Positions 37,837 through 48,747 of a DNA stretch of 64,000 bases are shown here, in pieces. The first letter of the stretch is position 1, and each line of letters begins with the position of its first letter. This DNA is from Patescibacteria group bacterium (lineage in GTDB: Bacteria; Patescibacteriota; Patescibacteriia; UBA1558; GWA2-36-10). Under the pieces are notes generated by a model. It saw nothing but the letters and a program-made list of their open reading frames with translations. It did no database searches and was not told the origin of the DNA. The position numbers were made by a program, and so were the translations under genes. Where the stretch lies: the NCBI GenBank assembly GCA_041650755.1, contig JBAZKN010000003.1:18060-82059 (forward strand), in the 5' to 3' direction.

Positions 37837-39369
37837 CTATTTAAGCGCCTGAGCTGTCAAATATTCTACCGGCGCATAATTATCAACCAAAAGTGTATAC
37901 TGGCTTAAAGCAAGCCCATCCAAATCTACCAAATGCTCGGACAAACTGCGGATTATTGGGTCGGCGCTATTTTTTATATCGGGATCAGTAAAATCTATTT
38001 TTTGCTCGCCATTTATTCCTAAAACAATAATATTCTGCACGTTAGGAAAATCCGGCGATTTTACGGCAAAAACATAAGTGTTGGAAAAGACTGATTGAAA
38101 GGTGCGCAGCTCTGATAAAATGAAAGAATTTTTTGACATGCTTAAATCGCCGATAAAATTACCCATAAAAATCCCGTTTTTGCTGAGACGCTGCTTGGCC
38201 AACTCAAAAAATTCTTTAGTGGTCAGGTGAGCTGGTATCGAATACAGGGAAAGAAAAGCATCGCCAAAAATGACATCATATTGGCTATCGCTTTTGGCTA
38301 AAAAGCGCCTGCCATCCTCCACATAATTGTTTAAACGATCGTCTTTTGACAAATTAAAATATTTGTAAGCCAAATCAAGCAGGGCTGGCTCAATTTCAAC
38401 CACATCAACTCGGCTGGCTTTTGGATTTGATAAGAATACTTTTGGCAAAGTATAGCCGGCCCCACCGATCACCAAAAAATCTTTAGCCAAAGGATTGAGC
38501 AGATGATACAGGACATAATACTTACTATAATCAAAGGCCAAATCATGAATATCGTCTTGACTATCCAAAAAAATACCGCTGGACAGATTCCTGTCCTGCA
38601 AAAAAAAGCGGGTTGGCCGATTATTATACTGGCCATCAAGTATGACTATCCTGTCATAAACGCCGTCGTGGCTATAAACGACCTTAGTGCTGGGTTGGAA
38701 AACATTCAACAAAAAATAGGTGGCCGCGCCAACCAATAAAACTGCCAAAACAAAAATTAATTTTAATTTAAATTTGTTTGTGGAAAATAATATCGGAATT
38801 AAGCTCAATAAAACCAAAATTGAACCGACAATGATAATAATTTTATCTACGCCCAAGCGCGGTATTAAAACAAAACCGGTCAACAGACTACCGACAATGC
38901 TCCCACAGGTTGACCAAAAAAAAGCTTGGCCAGACAGCGAGCCGACACCCACCTCTGGATGCAAAACCTGCTGCAATTTGATGGCATAGGGCGATAGGGT
39001 GCCCAAGAGTAAGCTGGGCACAAAAAACATAATCAAAGAATTAACTAACGGACCCCACATAATCGACATCTGGTATCCTATTAAAGGCAAGAGTAATTTG
39101 ATAAAAACTTGCAGCAGCCAAATGAACAAGGCGCCCAATAAAATAATGCCAAAAAACCAGATAAAGTCTGGATGGCGATCGGCTAATTTTCCACCCCAAT
39201 AATAACCCAAGCTTAGGGCCAACAAGATAACTCCCATCACGCTAGAAGCAGAAAAAATAGTATTGCCATAATAAGGGGACAAAATCCTTAATGCCAAAAC
39301 TTCCACCACCAAAACTGCCGCACCGGTCACAAAAACCGTAAAAAGCAAACCAGCTTTTTTACTAAACAT
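37837..39369 (-). CDS. membrane-anchored spermidine-synthase-like (aminopropyltransferase-family) protein
   Basis: About 200-aa multi-TM N-terminus, then VIGGAGYTL..VDVVEIEP and DVIFGDAF motifs of spermidine synthase family. Confidence 0.65.
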   Translation of the reverse strand: MFSKKAGLLFTVFVTGAAVLVVEVLALRILSPYYGNTIFSASSVMGVILLALSLGYYWGGKLADRHPDFIWFFGIILLGALFIWLLQVFIKLLLPLIGYQMSIMWGPLVNSLIMFFVPSLLLGTLSPYAIKLQQVLHPEVGVGSLSGQAFFWSTCGSIVGSLLTGFVLIPRLGVDKIIIIVGSILVLLSLIPILFSTNKFKLKLIFVLAVLLVGAATYFLLNVFQPSTKVVYSHDGVYDRIVILDGQYNNRPTRFFLQDRNLSSGIFLDSQDDIHDLAFDYSKYYVLYHLLNPLAKDFLVIGGAGYTLPKVFLSNPKASRVDVVEIEPALLDLAYKYFNLSKDDRLNNYVEDGRRFLAKSDSQYDVIFGDAFLSLYSIPAHLTTKEFFELAKQRLSKNGIFMGNFIGDLSMSKNSFILSELRTFQSVFSNTYVFAVKSPDFPNVQNIIVLGINGEQKIDFTDPDIKNSADPIIRSLSEHLVDLDGLALSQYTLLVDNYAPVEYLTAQALK

Positions 39370-39514
39370 AAATTTTTGCTATTTAATGATTACTAAAAAA
39401 TTATAACATTTTTAGTAAATTAAAAATAGCATTATAATGAATCATGAGGGTAGTAATACCTCAATATTGACAAGATAGATAAAATATTGTATACTTATAT
39501 ATTACATAATAAAT

Positions 39515-40873
39515 ATGGCTAAAAAAGTAACATTTTACTTAATTATTGCTACCCTAATGATCGGCTTATTGCCTACCTCTAGCCGGGCTTTGATTATTAT
39601 AACTAACACCCAAGTTAGTAATTTTAAAAATGGCACAGCTGAAATGACCTGGACCACAGATAACCCGACCAAGGGCACTGCCTATTATGGTTTAGCTGCC
39701 AACCAGCTAGATAGCTGGCTCAGCTATGGCCCTTATAGCTACCAACACAGCCTAATTTTGACCGGCCTGACCAAGGACAAAACTTATTACTATAAAATAA
39801 TTGTTGAAGGACAAGATGGATCGCAAACCGAAACCTATGTCCAAACTTTTTCCACCAAGGGCATGACAGATACAGTTGCCCCGAATTTTGTGCAAATCAA
39901 ATTGTTGCAGGCTACCGGCAATGCCGTAGCCCTATATTGGAGAACCGACGAGAAGAGTCGAGCTACCATAAATTATCGGCCGGATAATACTGAAATCAGT
40001 AAAAGCACCAGCTATGGTAACTATGACTTGGAGCACGTCCTGTTTATTTATGACCTGACACCAAGAAAAAATTATTTAGCGCAAATCATTGCTCAGGATT
40101 CAACTGGAAATAAAAACACTGATTCTGTTTATTTTTATACTAGCGATGGCATCCGTGATGCCTCTAACTTTACAATAAGTGATATCCAGCCGGCCAGCTT
40201 TGATCCTAGTATGATCTTTTCTGATACAGCGATCATCAGCTGGGAAACCAGCATTGCTGTTCGCAGCAGTCTTACTTATGGCACCAGAAGCGGCGCTTAT
40301 GGCAAAACTCTGACCGCCAGTGACATACCTAACACCGAACACAAGGTGATTATCGCTGGCCTAAACCCAAATACCACTTATTTTTATAAAATAAAAACTT
40401 GGGGCGGCATCTATAATAGAAATGTGGACAGCTCCGAACGTAGTTTTACTACCATACCGGTCCAATCAACGGTGGTGCCGGCTCAAACAAGCAACAACCA
40501 ATCTAATTCTTTGGTTGATTCCTATAAGGACAGTGATAATGACGGCTATCCTGATAGCCAAGAAATAAAGAACAGCTATAACCCCTATGGTTATGGCCGC
40601 ACCCTGACTACTGTCGCCAACAATATAAAAAAAGCTAACACTCCGGAAAACAAACAAGACCAGCGGCTCAAAAAAATTGTCCAACAGACTTTGGGTAAAA
40701 CAAAAATTAATTCTCGCCTCTGGCTGGCCCTTATCAATGCCGCTACCTACGGCGGCTATTCAGACCAAGCTATTATCCAGGCTATAAAGCATAAGGGTAA
40801 AACTGTACACGCTACCATTTCAGCTGAAAACTGGCAAAATAGCAGCGATTATCAAAACTATATTAATAGGTAA
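39515..40873 (+). CDS. secreted protein with three Fn3-like (purple-acid-phosphatase-N-type) repeats
   Basis: Signal/anchor MAKKVTFYLIIATLMIGLL; three repeats of (W/Y)-T-(T/D)..YG..Y(Y/F)YKI. Confidence 0.5.
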   Translation: MAKKVTFYLIIATLMIGLLPTSSRALIIITNTQVSNFKNGTAEMTWTTDNPTKGTAYYGLAANQLDSWLSYGPYSYQHSLILTGLTKDKTYYYKIIVEGQDGSQTETYVQTFSTKGMTDTVAPNFVQIKLLQATGNAVALYWRTDEKSRATINYRPDNTEISKSTSYGNYDLEHVLFIYDLTPRKNYLAQIIAQDSTGNKNTDSVYFYTSDGIRDASNFTISDIQPASFDPSMIFSDTAIISWETSIAVRSSLTYGTRSGAYGKTLTASDIPNTEHKVIIAGLNPNTTYFYKIKTWGGIYNRNVDSSERSFTTIPVQSTVVPAQTSNNQSNSLVDSYKDSDNDGYPDSQEIKNSYNPYGYGRTLTTVANNIKKANTPENKQDQRLKKIVQQTLGKTKINSRLWLALINAATYGGYSDQAIIQAIKHKGKTVHATISAENWQNSSDYQNYINR

Positions 40874-40881
40874 AAATAAAA

Positions 40882-40917
40882 CCAGCCCCACACCATACGG
40901 TGCAGGGCTGGTTTTTT
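40882..40917. terminator. bidirectional rho-independent terminator between Fn3 gene and csp
   Basis: CCAGCCCCACACC-ATAC-GGTGCAGGGCTGG hairpin followed by TTTTTT. Confidence 0.65.
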
Positions 40918-40933
40918 AAACTATCACAGAAGC

Positions 40934-41134
40934 TTAGGCTCTCTGTACTTTGACAGCGGCTGGACCTTTTGGAGTATCGGTCAATTCAAAGGTAACCATG
41001 TCACCTTCATTGATCTCATCAAAAGTCACACCCACTAATTCAGAAGCGTGAAAAAACAGATCCTTGGCTTCGCCTTCGCGACTGATAAAACCAAAGTTTT
41101 TACCAATCACTTTCTTTGCGATTTTTCCTTGCAT
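40934..41134 (-). CDS. cspA: cold-shock protein (CspA family)
   Basis: 66 aa MQGKIAKKVIGKNFGFIS..; RNP1-like K-G-F-G-F-I and RNP2-like FFHAS motifs; the listed ORF 40934..41269 has a spurious N-terminal extension. Confidence 0.85.
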   Translation of the reverse strand: MQGKIAKKVIGKNFGFISREGEAKDLFFHASELVGVTFDEINEGDMVTFELTDTPKGPAAVKVQRA

Positions 41135-41292
41135 GTTTTTTGAAATAAAGTGAATTAAGATATAGTAATTTCGAAATTCGACTTTATTTCTAAACTTACT
41201 ATACTTGTGAACATATATTGTAAATGTCCACAAAACAGTATGGCATAAATCTAGAAAAAAGTCAACCAAACACCAAAAAAATTATTATAAGG

Positions 41293-41367
41293 CGTTCTGG
41301 CTTGGTGACCCCACGGGGAATCGAACCCCGATTGCCAGGATGAAAACCTGGTGTCCTAACCATTAGA
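41293..41367 (-). tRNA. tRNA-Glu (anticodon UUC)
   Basis: 75 nt incl. CCA; GGCCCTATCGTCTAATGG..; anticodon arm CCAGG-TTTTCAT-CCTGG; T-loop GGTTCGATTCC. Confidence 0.85.
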
Positions 41368-41437
41368 CGATAGGGCCATAAAAGTAAAATAACGCCGATA
41401 TCATACCTAAAAATAAGATTTATGTCAATCGTACTAG

Positions 41438-43294
41438 CTATTCTACTGTCACAGACTTGGCTAAATTCCTAGGTTTATCAACGTCTAGGCCCTTGGCATT
41501 GGCTATATAGTATGATAGTAGTTGCAAGGGGATAATATTTACAATGGGTGATAAAAACTCACTGACTGTGGGCACAATAATAGTGTAGTCAGCTACTTTA
41601 TAAACATCCTCCTGACCGCTATTTACCACAGCAATGATCTGCCCACCCCTAGCTTTAACTTCTTGCATGTTGCTCAAAATCTTGGGCGACAATATATTTT
41701 TTGTAGCTATAAAGACCACGGGCATGTTTTTATCGACCAAAGCAATTGGACCATGCTTGATCTCAGCGGCCGGATACCCTTCAGCATGGATATAAGAAAT
41801 TTCTTTTAGCTTCAAGGCACCCTCTAAGGCTACTGGAAAATTTAAGCCCCGACCCAAATACAAAAAATTATTTCTATCTTTAAAGGTATCGGCGATTTTT
41901 TTAACTATTTGATCGGTAGCCAAAGCCTGCCTTATCAACTCCGGCAAAGTATTTATTTCAAATAATAAATCTTTGTCTATTGCCCAGCCTTTTTGTTGCC
42001 TAATATATAAAGCTAAAAGCAATAAAGAGGTCACTTGGGCCGTAAAAGCCTTAGTACTGGCCACGCCAATCTCTGGGCCAATGTGCAAATAAATGCCGGA
42101 CTTAACTTCGCGAGTGATAGTAGAGCCGACCACATTGACTATGCCCAAAGTTTTGGCCAGTTTTTCTTTAGCTAGCCTCACGGCAGCCAAAGTATCGGCT
42201 GTCTCCCCAGATTGAGATATGGCAATCAACAAATCATCTGACCCGATGATGGGTTTGCGATAGCGAAATTCAGAAGCATAATCAACCTCAACCGGAATAT
42301 TTAATAAAGACTCAAAATAATGCTTACCCACTAGGCCAGCGTGCCAGCTGGTGCCACAGGCGGTGATAATTATCCGCTTTATTTGTTCGGCAGCAAAATC
42401 AACGGATAATTTGATTTGCCCATCTTTGATGCGACCGCGCAAAGTGTTATTCAATGCCTCGGGCTGCTCAAAAATTTCTTTGAGCATAAAATGCTCATAG
42501 CCTTTCTTTTCCAGTTCAGCCACTGACCACTTGATATCATCAATTTGTTTATCTATTTTTTCACCATCCAAATTCTTTATCACATAGCCGTCTTTATATA
42601 GAACAGCCATTTCATTATCTTGCAAATAAATCACTCTCTGAGTATATGATAAAATAGCTGGGATATCAGAGGCCACAAACATCTCGCCTTCACCCACGCC
42701 GATCACCAACGGCGAACCGCGCCTAGCTACCACGATTTTGTTTTCCCCTCGATGAATTACGGCCAAACCAAATGCGCCGTCAACTAGCTCCAAGGCCTGA
42801 CGCACAGCCAACTCCACATCCCCCTGATAAAATTTTTCTATCAAGTGAGCAAAAATTTCTGAATCAGTTTCTGATATTATAGTATGCCCTTCATTGACCA
42901 ATAAATCCTTAAGAGCGGGATAATTTTCTATAATACCGTTATGAACTATGGCAATATCGCCACGGCAATCAAGATGCGGATGAGCATTGGCCTCATTGGG
43001 CTCACCATGGGTAGCCCAACGGGTGTGGGCAATGTCCACTAAACCAGATAGATTATTTGACTCAAGTCGCTTGGCCAATCGGGCTATTTTGCCGACCTCT
43101 TTGATAACTTGTAAACTATCATTTTGCAAAACACAAATACCGGCACTATCATAGCCTCGGTATTCTAATTTTTCTAAGCCCGTAAGCAATACGCTCACTA
43201 GCGGCCTCTGGCCTATATAACCGACAATCCCGCACATAAAAATGCCATTATTTGTTCTTCTTTCTATTGTAGGCTTTAAAAATAAAACTGGCAA
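41438..43294 (-). CDS. glmS: glutamine--fructose-6-phosphate aminotransferase
   Basis: Catalytic N-terminus MCGIVGY (probable start 43237); two SIS domains; C-terminal ..KSVTVE. Confidence 0.9.
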   Translation of the reverse strand: MPVLFLKPTIERRTNNGIFMCGIVGYIGQRPLVSVLLTGLEKLEYRGYDSAGICVLQNDSLQVIKEVGKIARLAKRLESNNLSGLVDIAHTRWATHGEPNEANAHPHLDCRGDIAIVHNGIIENYPALKDLLVNEGHTIISETDSEIFAHLIEKFYQGDVELAVRQALELVDGAFGLAVIHRGENKIVVARRGSPLVIGVGEGEMFVASDIPAILSYTQRVIYLQDNEMAVLYKDGYVIKNLDGEKIDKQIDDIKWSVAELEKKGYEHFMLKEIFEQPEALNNTLRGRIKDGQIKLSVDFAAEQIKRIIITACGTSWHAGLVGKHYFESLLNIPVEVDYASEFRYRKPIIGSDDLLIAISQSGETADTLAAVRLAKEKLAKTLGIVNVVGSTITREVKSGIYLHIGPEIGVASTKAFTAQVTSLLLLALYIRQQKGWAIDKDLLFEINTLPELIRQALATDQIVKKIADTFKDRNNFLYLGRGLNFPVALEGALKLKEISYIHAEGYPAAEIKHGPIALVDKNMPVVFIATKNILSPKILSNMQEVKARGGQIIAVVNSGQEDVYKVADYTIIVPTVSEFLSPIVNIIPLQLLSYYIANAKGLDVDKPRNLAKSVTVE

Positions 43295-43356
43295 ATAAAA
43301 TCTAAGGGTAGCGATTTAAACCGATTTCTGTTATAATATAAAAGTAATACAAAAAT

Positions 43357-43956
43357 ATGCCCGACATCAACCCGACGGTTGCTAAAATTTTAAATCAAGG
43401 CAAACCAGTCAGCTCCGGCCGCAGCGAATTATTGGACGCCGGCCAAATTTTAAGAGAGATCGTCAAGCTCAAAGTGGGCGACATGGTCGGAGACTTGGGC
43501 GCTGGCGGCGGCTTATTTTTATTAGAAGCGGCCCGCTTGGTCGGCGACCAGGGGCAAGTATATGCTGTCGATGTTGTCAAAAATATTTTATCGGAAATAG
43601 AATCAAAGGCAAGACTCAATGGCCTCAACAATATCAAAACTATTTGGAGCAATCTAGAAATTGTCGGCGCTACTAAAATAAATGAGGGCACCCTGGATGC
43701 CAACATCCTGGTCAATGTGCTCTTCCAATCTCAAAAACACTATGAAATTCTAGCTGAAGCCACCAGACTACTAAAACCAGGCGGCAAACTATTGATAGTT
43801 GATTGGGCTAATAACGATCTGGGTGTTGGCCCACCAAATAACAGAATTGTCGACCAAAATCAAGTCAAAAATCTAGCTCAACAACTTGACCTAGTTTTAG
43901 CGCAAGAATTCAAGGCCGGCAAATATCATTTCGGTCTCCTATTTGCTAAAAAATAA
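43357..43956 (+). CDS. class I SAM-dependent methyltransferase
   Basis: Motif I VGDLGAGGGLF, motif II-like VYAVDV, post-I acidic residue; 199 aa. Confidence 0.6.
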   Translation: MPDINPTVAKILNQGKPVSSGRSELLDAGQILREIVKLKVGDMVGDLGAGGGLFLLEAARLVGDQGQVYAVDVVKNILSEIESKARLNGLNNIKTIWSNLEIVGATKINEGTLDANILVNVLFQSQKHYEILAEATRLLKPGGKLLIVDWANNDLGVGPPNNRIVDQNQVKNLAQQLDLVLAQEFKAGKYHFGLLFAKK

Positions 43957-43979
43957 ATTTATAATGTCCCTGGTTTCCA

Positions 43980-44255
43980 ATGGAAACAAATAAAAAAATA
44001 TTTTATCCTTTGTTTATCCTAGAAATTCCTCTTATCGGAGTCATTTCTCTTATGATAGCATTGTTTATTGGTGATATAGTAGGATCTGGAGAAATTATTA
44101 TTTATATCGCTACCCTGATATTCACTGTTGTTTTTAGTTTTATATTATTTAAAATAGGTAAGAAATCAAAATTAGCCTTCTATCTTTTATCTATATTAAT
44201 CAGCGCCCTTGCCGTATTGGTTCTAAATTTCATTTTCTCGCCATTATATAGCTAG
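43980..44255 (+). CDS. small membrane protein, hypothetical
   Basis: 91 aa, three hydrophobic helices. Confidence 0.3.
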   Translation: METNKKIFYPLFILEIPLIGVISLMIALFIGDIVGSGEIIIYIATLIFTVVFSFILFKIGKKSKLAFYLLSILISALAVLVLNFIFSPLYS

Positions 44256-44370
44256 CCCTCTTTACTGAGCAACAAAACAGTCAAATGATTTATCTCTGCC
44301 CACACCCCTAAAAAGGCGGAGTTGACTTTATGTTTAAAATTATTTACCATATACTCGTTAAAGAAAACTT

Positions 44371-44781
44371 ATGGATTTAACTAAATTAACACATTGGTCA
44401 TATTTATTTCAGATTTATACTTATGAGCAGCTCTCTTGGCCTACTTTGATTGGCTTATTGGTCATTTTCGTAGGATCTATAGTATTAGCTATATACTCCC
44501 ACAAAAAAGTCAAAAACAGCTCAGGCGTCATGAAAGTAGTCTGGCAAAAACTGACTGCCTGGGGCTGGTCAACTGGCTTGGTCGGCCTATTACTGGTATC
44601 TTTTAGGGCTGCCACGGCTATGTATTTGAGCGCTAGGCTTTGGCTGTTATTATGGTTATTGATAATATTGGTTTGGCTTGGCTATATATTATTTTACCGC
44701 CTATCCATCGTCCCCAAAAAACAAGCTGAGCGGGAAAAAAATATTGAATACAATAAATGGCTACCTAAGCCAAAAAAATAA
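44371..44781 (+). CDS. membrane protein, hypothetical
   Basis: 136 aa, four hydrophobic helices, basic C-terminus. Confidence 0.35.
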   Translation: MDLTKLTHWSYLFQIYTYEQLSWPTLIGLLVIFVGSIVLAIYSHKKVKNSSGVMKVVWQKLTAWGWSTGLVGLLLVSFRAATAMYLSARLWLLLWLLIILVWLGYILFYRLSIVPKKQAEREKNIEYNKWLPKPKK

Positions 44782-44829
44782 TTTGTTATAAAAAATTAAA
44801 AAACGGGCAAAATTTTAAGCCTGTTTTTT

Positions 44830-45183
44830 ATGCACAAAAATAATAAACAAATAATCGGCCGCCTGGGTGAACAGTTGGCGGAAAAATATTATCAAACTTT
44901 AGGTTTTAAATTAATCGCTAAAAATTTTTACACCCGCTATGGCGAACTTGATTTGGTCTTTAAAAAAAGACGGCGAATCTTGCTGGTAGAAGTAAAAACT
45001 CGGACCAATCAAAATTTTGGTTGGCCAGAAGAAGTTATCAATCCAGCTAAAATAGAAAGGATGCTGCGAGCTTATGCAATTTTAAGAAATCAACTAGCCC
45101 TTGACCCAGACCCAGAGATAGAAATCTGCGCTATTGTGATCAAAGGCAGACAAGCTGCCCTAAGGCGCTACCCGCTGGTTTAA
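44830..45183 (+). CDS. YraN/UPF0102-family endonuclease-like protein
   Basis: GEQLAEKYY..GELDLVF..LLVEVKTR pattern of UPF0102. Confidence 0.7.
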   Translation: MHKNNKQIIGRLGEQLAEKYYQTLGFKLIAKNFYTRYGELDLVFKKRRRILLVEVKTRTNQNFGWPEEVINPAKIERMLRAYAILRNQLALDPDPEIEICAIVIKGRQAALRRYPLV

Positions 45184-45339
45184 ATTTTGACCCTTGACGA
45201 AAGCTGGAAAAAAAAGTATACTACCATTGTTGTAAGCTAGTTTATATTTAAACTAGCTTATTTTTATTCCCTTTTGCCTAAATCGCCAAGATTTACCATG
45301 GGATAATACAAAATATTTCATCAATTAAAAACAAACAAG

Positions 45340-46629
45340 ATGTCTAGCAACAACAATCTGTCGGCCGCCATCAAACAAATTTGTCAAGAAAAAAATTTGT
45401 CTATGGAAGCTGTTATTGGTGCCATCGAAGCGGCTCTGGCAGCTGCTTATCGCAAAGAATTTGGCACACCCAATCAAAACGTCAAAGTTGTTTTCAATGC
45501 CGATAATGGCCAAACAGCTGTTTTTGATGTAAAAACCGTCGTAGAGGATGTTGACCTCGAGGCCCAAGAAAAAGCTTGGGAGGAGCAGCACTTGCGCAAA
45601 GAGGCTGGTGAAGAAATACCCGAGGATGAACAAATTAAAAAATTTAATCCCCGCACCGAAATCATGCTATCGGAAGCCAAAAATGTCAATCCTGACCATA
45701 AAATCGGCGATGTGATTGAAACTAAATTAACCGTGCCTGATGAATATGGACGCATGGCCGCTCAAACCGCTAAGCAGGTCATTATTCAGCGCCTGCGTGA
45801 AGCTGAACGCGATCATATCTTCAATGAATATCAAGACAAGGAAGGCCAACTAGTCTTAGGCACTATCCAGCGACGCGAAGGTCGCCGCTACATTGTCGAT
45901 CTTGGGCAGGCCAGCGGCATATTAGCGCCCGAGGAGCAAATCAGAAACGAAAGTTATAATATCGGCTCTCGCCTCAACTTTTACATTTTACAGGTGCGCA
46001 TGGGCAGTAAAGGGCCGGAAATTATTCTGTCCCGCACCCATCCTGATATAGTCAAGGAATTATTCGCTACCGAAGTGCCAGAAATTGCAGCCGGCACCGT
46101 AGAAATCAAGGCTATTGCCCGCGAAGCTGGCGCGCGCTCTAAAATCGCCGTCTTTACAACAGAAGAAAATATCGACCCAGTCGGCTCCTGCGTGGGCCAA
46201 CGCGGTTCACGCGTACAAACTGTCATCAGTGAACTAGGTGGAGAAAAAATCGATATTATCCAGTGGAATGCCGATTCCAAGGTATTTATTGCCAATGCCT
46301 TAAGCCCGGCTAGCATCAGCCAAATTATTATCAACGAAGAAGCCAAAACTGCTACCGTCAAAGTCAATGAAGACCAGCTATCCTTGGCTATTGGCCGCAG
46401 TGGCCAAAACGCTAGATTGGCCGCTAAACTGACTGGCTGGAAAATCGATATCGTATCCAATCAAGCTGCCCCGGAAAGCAAGACTGACGAGCCGATTGAA
46501 ACCCCGGTAGAAAACAAAACTGAACCGGAAAATACAGTGGCTGAAGAAATTGAAAAACCAGCTAAAAAAGAAAAAACTGAAAAAAAGACAAAAGCAAAAA
46601 CCAAAAAAACAAGCAAAACATCTAAATAA
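45340..46629 (+). CDS. nusA: transcription termination/antitermination factor NusA
   Basis: N-terminal NusA domain (MEAVIGAIEAALAAAYRK), S1 and two KH domains, K-rich C-terminal tail. Confidence 0.9.
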   Translation: MSSNNNLSAAIKQICQEKNLSMEAVIGAIEAALAAAYRKEFGTPNQNVKVVFNADNGQTAVFDVKTVVEDVDLEAQEKAWEEQHLRKEAGEEIPEDEQIKKFNPRTEIMLSEAKNVNPDHKIGDVIETKLTVPDEYGRMAAQTAKQVIIQRLREAERDHIFNEYQDKEGQLVLGTIQRREGRRYIVDLGQASGILAPEEQIRNESYNIGSRLNFYILQVRMGSKGPEIILSRTHPDIVKELFATEVPEIAAGTVEIKAIAREAGARSKIAVFTTEENIDPVGSCVGQRGSRVQTVISELGGEKIDIIQWNADSKVFIANALSPASISQIIINEEAKTATVKVNEDQLSLAIGRSGQNARLAAKLTGWKIDIVSNQAAPESKTDEPIETPVENKTEPENTVAEEIEKPAKKEKTEKKTKAKTKKTSKTSK

Positions 46630-46656
46630 TTAAACATTAAACTAATAATTAAAACT

Positions 46657-48690
46657 ATGGTTAGTATAAAACTTTTAGCGATTTTGGCCTCCTTGTTATC
46701 ACTAATTTTTGGGGCCTGGATGATTAAAAAAATCCTGAAATTACCAAAAGGTAATGACAAAATGCAGGCTATTGCCCAAGCCATTCAAGCTGGCGCCAAG
46801 GCTTATCTAACCCGACAATACAAAACTATTGCTTATTTGGCAGTTGTATTATTTTTGCTCCTGGGGTTTGCTATTGATTGGAGCACGGCTCTAGCCTTTA
46901 TCATTGGAGCTGCCTTATCAGCCGCTGCAGGCATCATCGGCATGAATGTATCAGTCAGAACCAATGTACGCACTACTGAAGCTGCCAGGAGCGGTTTATC
47001 GGCTGCTCTAAGAGTAGCCGTCTTAGGCGGTTCAATCACTGGTATGTTGGTAGTCGGTCTGGCTCTTTTGGGCGTAGCTGGCCTTTATGCTTTACCATTT
47101 ATTACTGTCAAAAATTTAGTTGGCTTGGGTTTTGGTGGCAGCTTAATCTCGGTATTTGCCCGCTTGGGCGGCGGCATATTCACCAAGGCAGCCGATGTCG
47201 GCGCTGACTTGGTAGGTAAAGTAGAGGCTGGTATTCCGGAAGATGACCCGCGCAACCCAGCTGTGATTGCTGATAATGTCGGCGATAATGTCGGCGATTG
47301 TTCTGGTATGGCTGCTGATTTATTTGAGACTTATGCTGTCACACTGGTGGCTGCCATGCTTTTAGGCTCTCTAACTTTCAATAATGTCAGCAATGCTGTC
47401 CTGTATCCTCTGGCCTTGGGCGGCATGGCTATCATCACTTCTCTGGTTGGTTTATTTTTTATTAAATTAAATAAAGGTCATTCTCTAGAAGAAGTAGAAA
47501 AAAAGGGGCTCATCATGAAGGCTTTATACAAAGGTCTGATCGCTGCCGGATTACTGACCATAGTGGCTTTCTACTTCATTACTAAATACATGATGTCCGA
47601 TCTTATCAGCTATCGTTTTACTGATATTTATTATGCCAGCTTAGTTGGTCTAGTGGTCGCTGGCCTGATTGTCTGGATTACTGAATATTATACCTCTACC
47701 AAATATAATCCGGTAAAATCAATTGCCAAAGCATCTGAGACCGGACACGGCACCAATGTCATCCAAGGACTAGCTATCAGCATGAAGGCCACTGCTTGGC
47801 CGGTGCTAGTCATTGTGGCGGGTATTATTGCCGCCTATTATTTCGCCGACCTCTATGGCATCGCCATCGCAGCTATGAGCATGCTTTCTTTAACCGGTAT
47901 TATCGTCACTATTGATGCTTATGGTCCGATCACCGATAATGCCGGCGGCATCGCTGAAATGTCTGGCTTACCAGAAGATGTGCGTAATGTTACTGATCCT
48001 TTGGATGCGGTTGGCAATACCACCAAAGCTGTCACTAAAGGCTATGCCATTGCTTCTGCTGGTTTAGCGGCCCTAGTATTGTTTTCTGCTTATACCCAAG
48101 AGCTTGATGCCTCCAATAAGGGCGTAATTTTTGCCCTAGACAATCCTTATGTATTGGTCGGTTTATTCATCGGCGGTTTATTGCCTTATATCTTCGGAGC
48201 GCTCTCCATGGAAGCGGTTGGCAAAACTGCCGGCTATATAGTACAGGAAGTTCGCCGCCAATTTAGAGACAAACCGGGCATTATGTCTGGCCAAGAAAAA
48301 CCAGATTATGGCACGGCGGTAGACATTGTCACCAAAGGCGCTCTCAAACAAATGATTATTCCTGCTTTAATACCGGTTCTAGTACCGATAATCATCATGT
48401 TGATTTTTGGCAGTCGTGGGTTTACGGTCTTAGGCGGTGCTTTGGTGGGCAGCATCATCACTGGCCTATTTATTGCCATTTCTATGACCTCGGGTGGCGG
48501 TGCCTGGGATAATGCCAAAAAATATATTGAAAAAGGCAATTATGGCGGCAAGGGATCTGATGCTCACAAAGCCGCTGTCACCGGCGATACTGTCGGCGAC
48601 CCCTACAAAGATACTGCTGGGCCGGCCATCAACCCGATGATAAAAATATTAAATGTCGTTGCCCTACTATTGATTGCCATGATGTTATAA
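46657..48690 (+). CDS. hppA: membrane-bound H+/Na+-translocating pyrophosphatase
   Basis: [26 protein letters not shown]-type motif (here ..[17 protein letters not shown]); 677 aa polytopic. Confidence 0.9.
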   Translation: MVSIKLLAILASLLSLIFGAWMIKKILKLPKGNDKMQAIAQAIQAGAKAYLTRQYKTIAYLAVVLFLLLGFAIDWSTALAFIIGAALSAAAGIIGMNVSVRTNVRTTEAARSGLSAALRVAVLGGSITGMLVVGLALLGVAGLYALPFITVKNLVGLGFGGSLISVFARLGGGIFTKAADVGADLVGKVEAGIPEDDPRNPAVIADNVGDNVGDCSGMAADLFETYAVTLVAAMLLGSLTFNNVSNAVLYPLALGGMAIITSLVGLFFIKLNKGHSLEEVEKKGLIMKALYKGLIAAGLLTIVAFYFITKYMMSDLISYRFTDIYYASLVGLVVAGLIVWITEYYTSTKYNPVKSIAKASETGHGTNVIQGLAISMKATAWPVLVIVAGIIAAYYFADLYGIAIAAMSMLSLTGIIVTIDAYGPITDNAGGIAEMSGLPEDVRNVTDPLDAVGNTTKAVTKGYAIASAGLAALVLFSAYTQELDASNKGVIFALDNPYVLVGLFIGGLLPYIFGALSMEAVGKTAGYIVQEVRRQFRDKPGIMSGQEKPDYGTAVDIVTKGALKQMIIPALIPVLVPIIIMLIFGSRGFTVLGGALVGSIITGLFIAISMTSGGGAWDNAKKYIEKGNYGGKGSDAHKAAVTGDTVGDPYKDTAGPAINPMIKILNVVALLLIAMML

Positions 48691-48704
48691 AGATTCAAAA
48701 AACT

Positions 48705-48737
48705 GCCCCGCACCGTACGGTGCGGGGCTTTATTTTT
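48705..48737 (+). terminator. rho-independent terminator after hppA
   Basis: GCCCCGCACCG-TAC-GGTGCGGGGC perfect hairpin followed by TTTATTTTT; shared with convergent downstream gene. Confidence 0.8.
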
Positions 48738-48747
48738 ATTTATAAAA

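Noticed and set aside
43238-43356. glmS ribozyme upstream of glmS
   Set aside because: Only about 120 nt of AT-rich sequence with none of the conserved glmS-ribozyme core elements; too short
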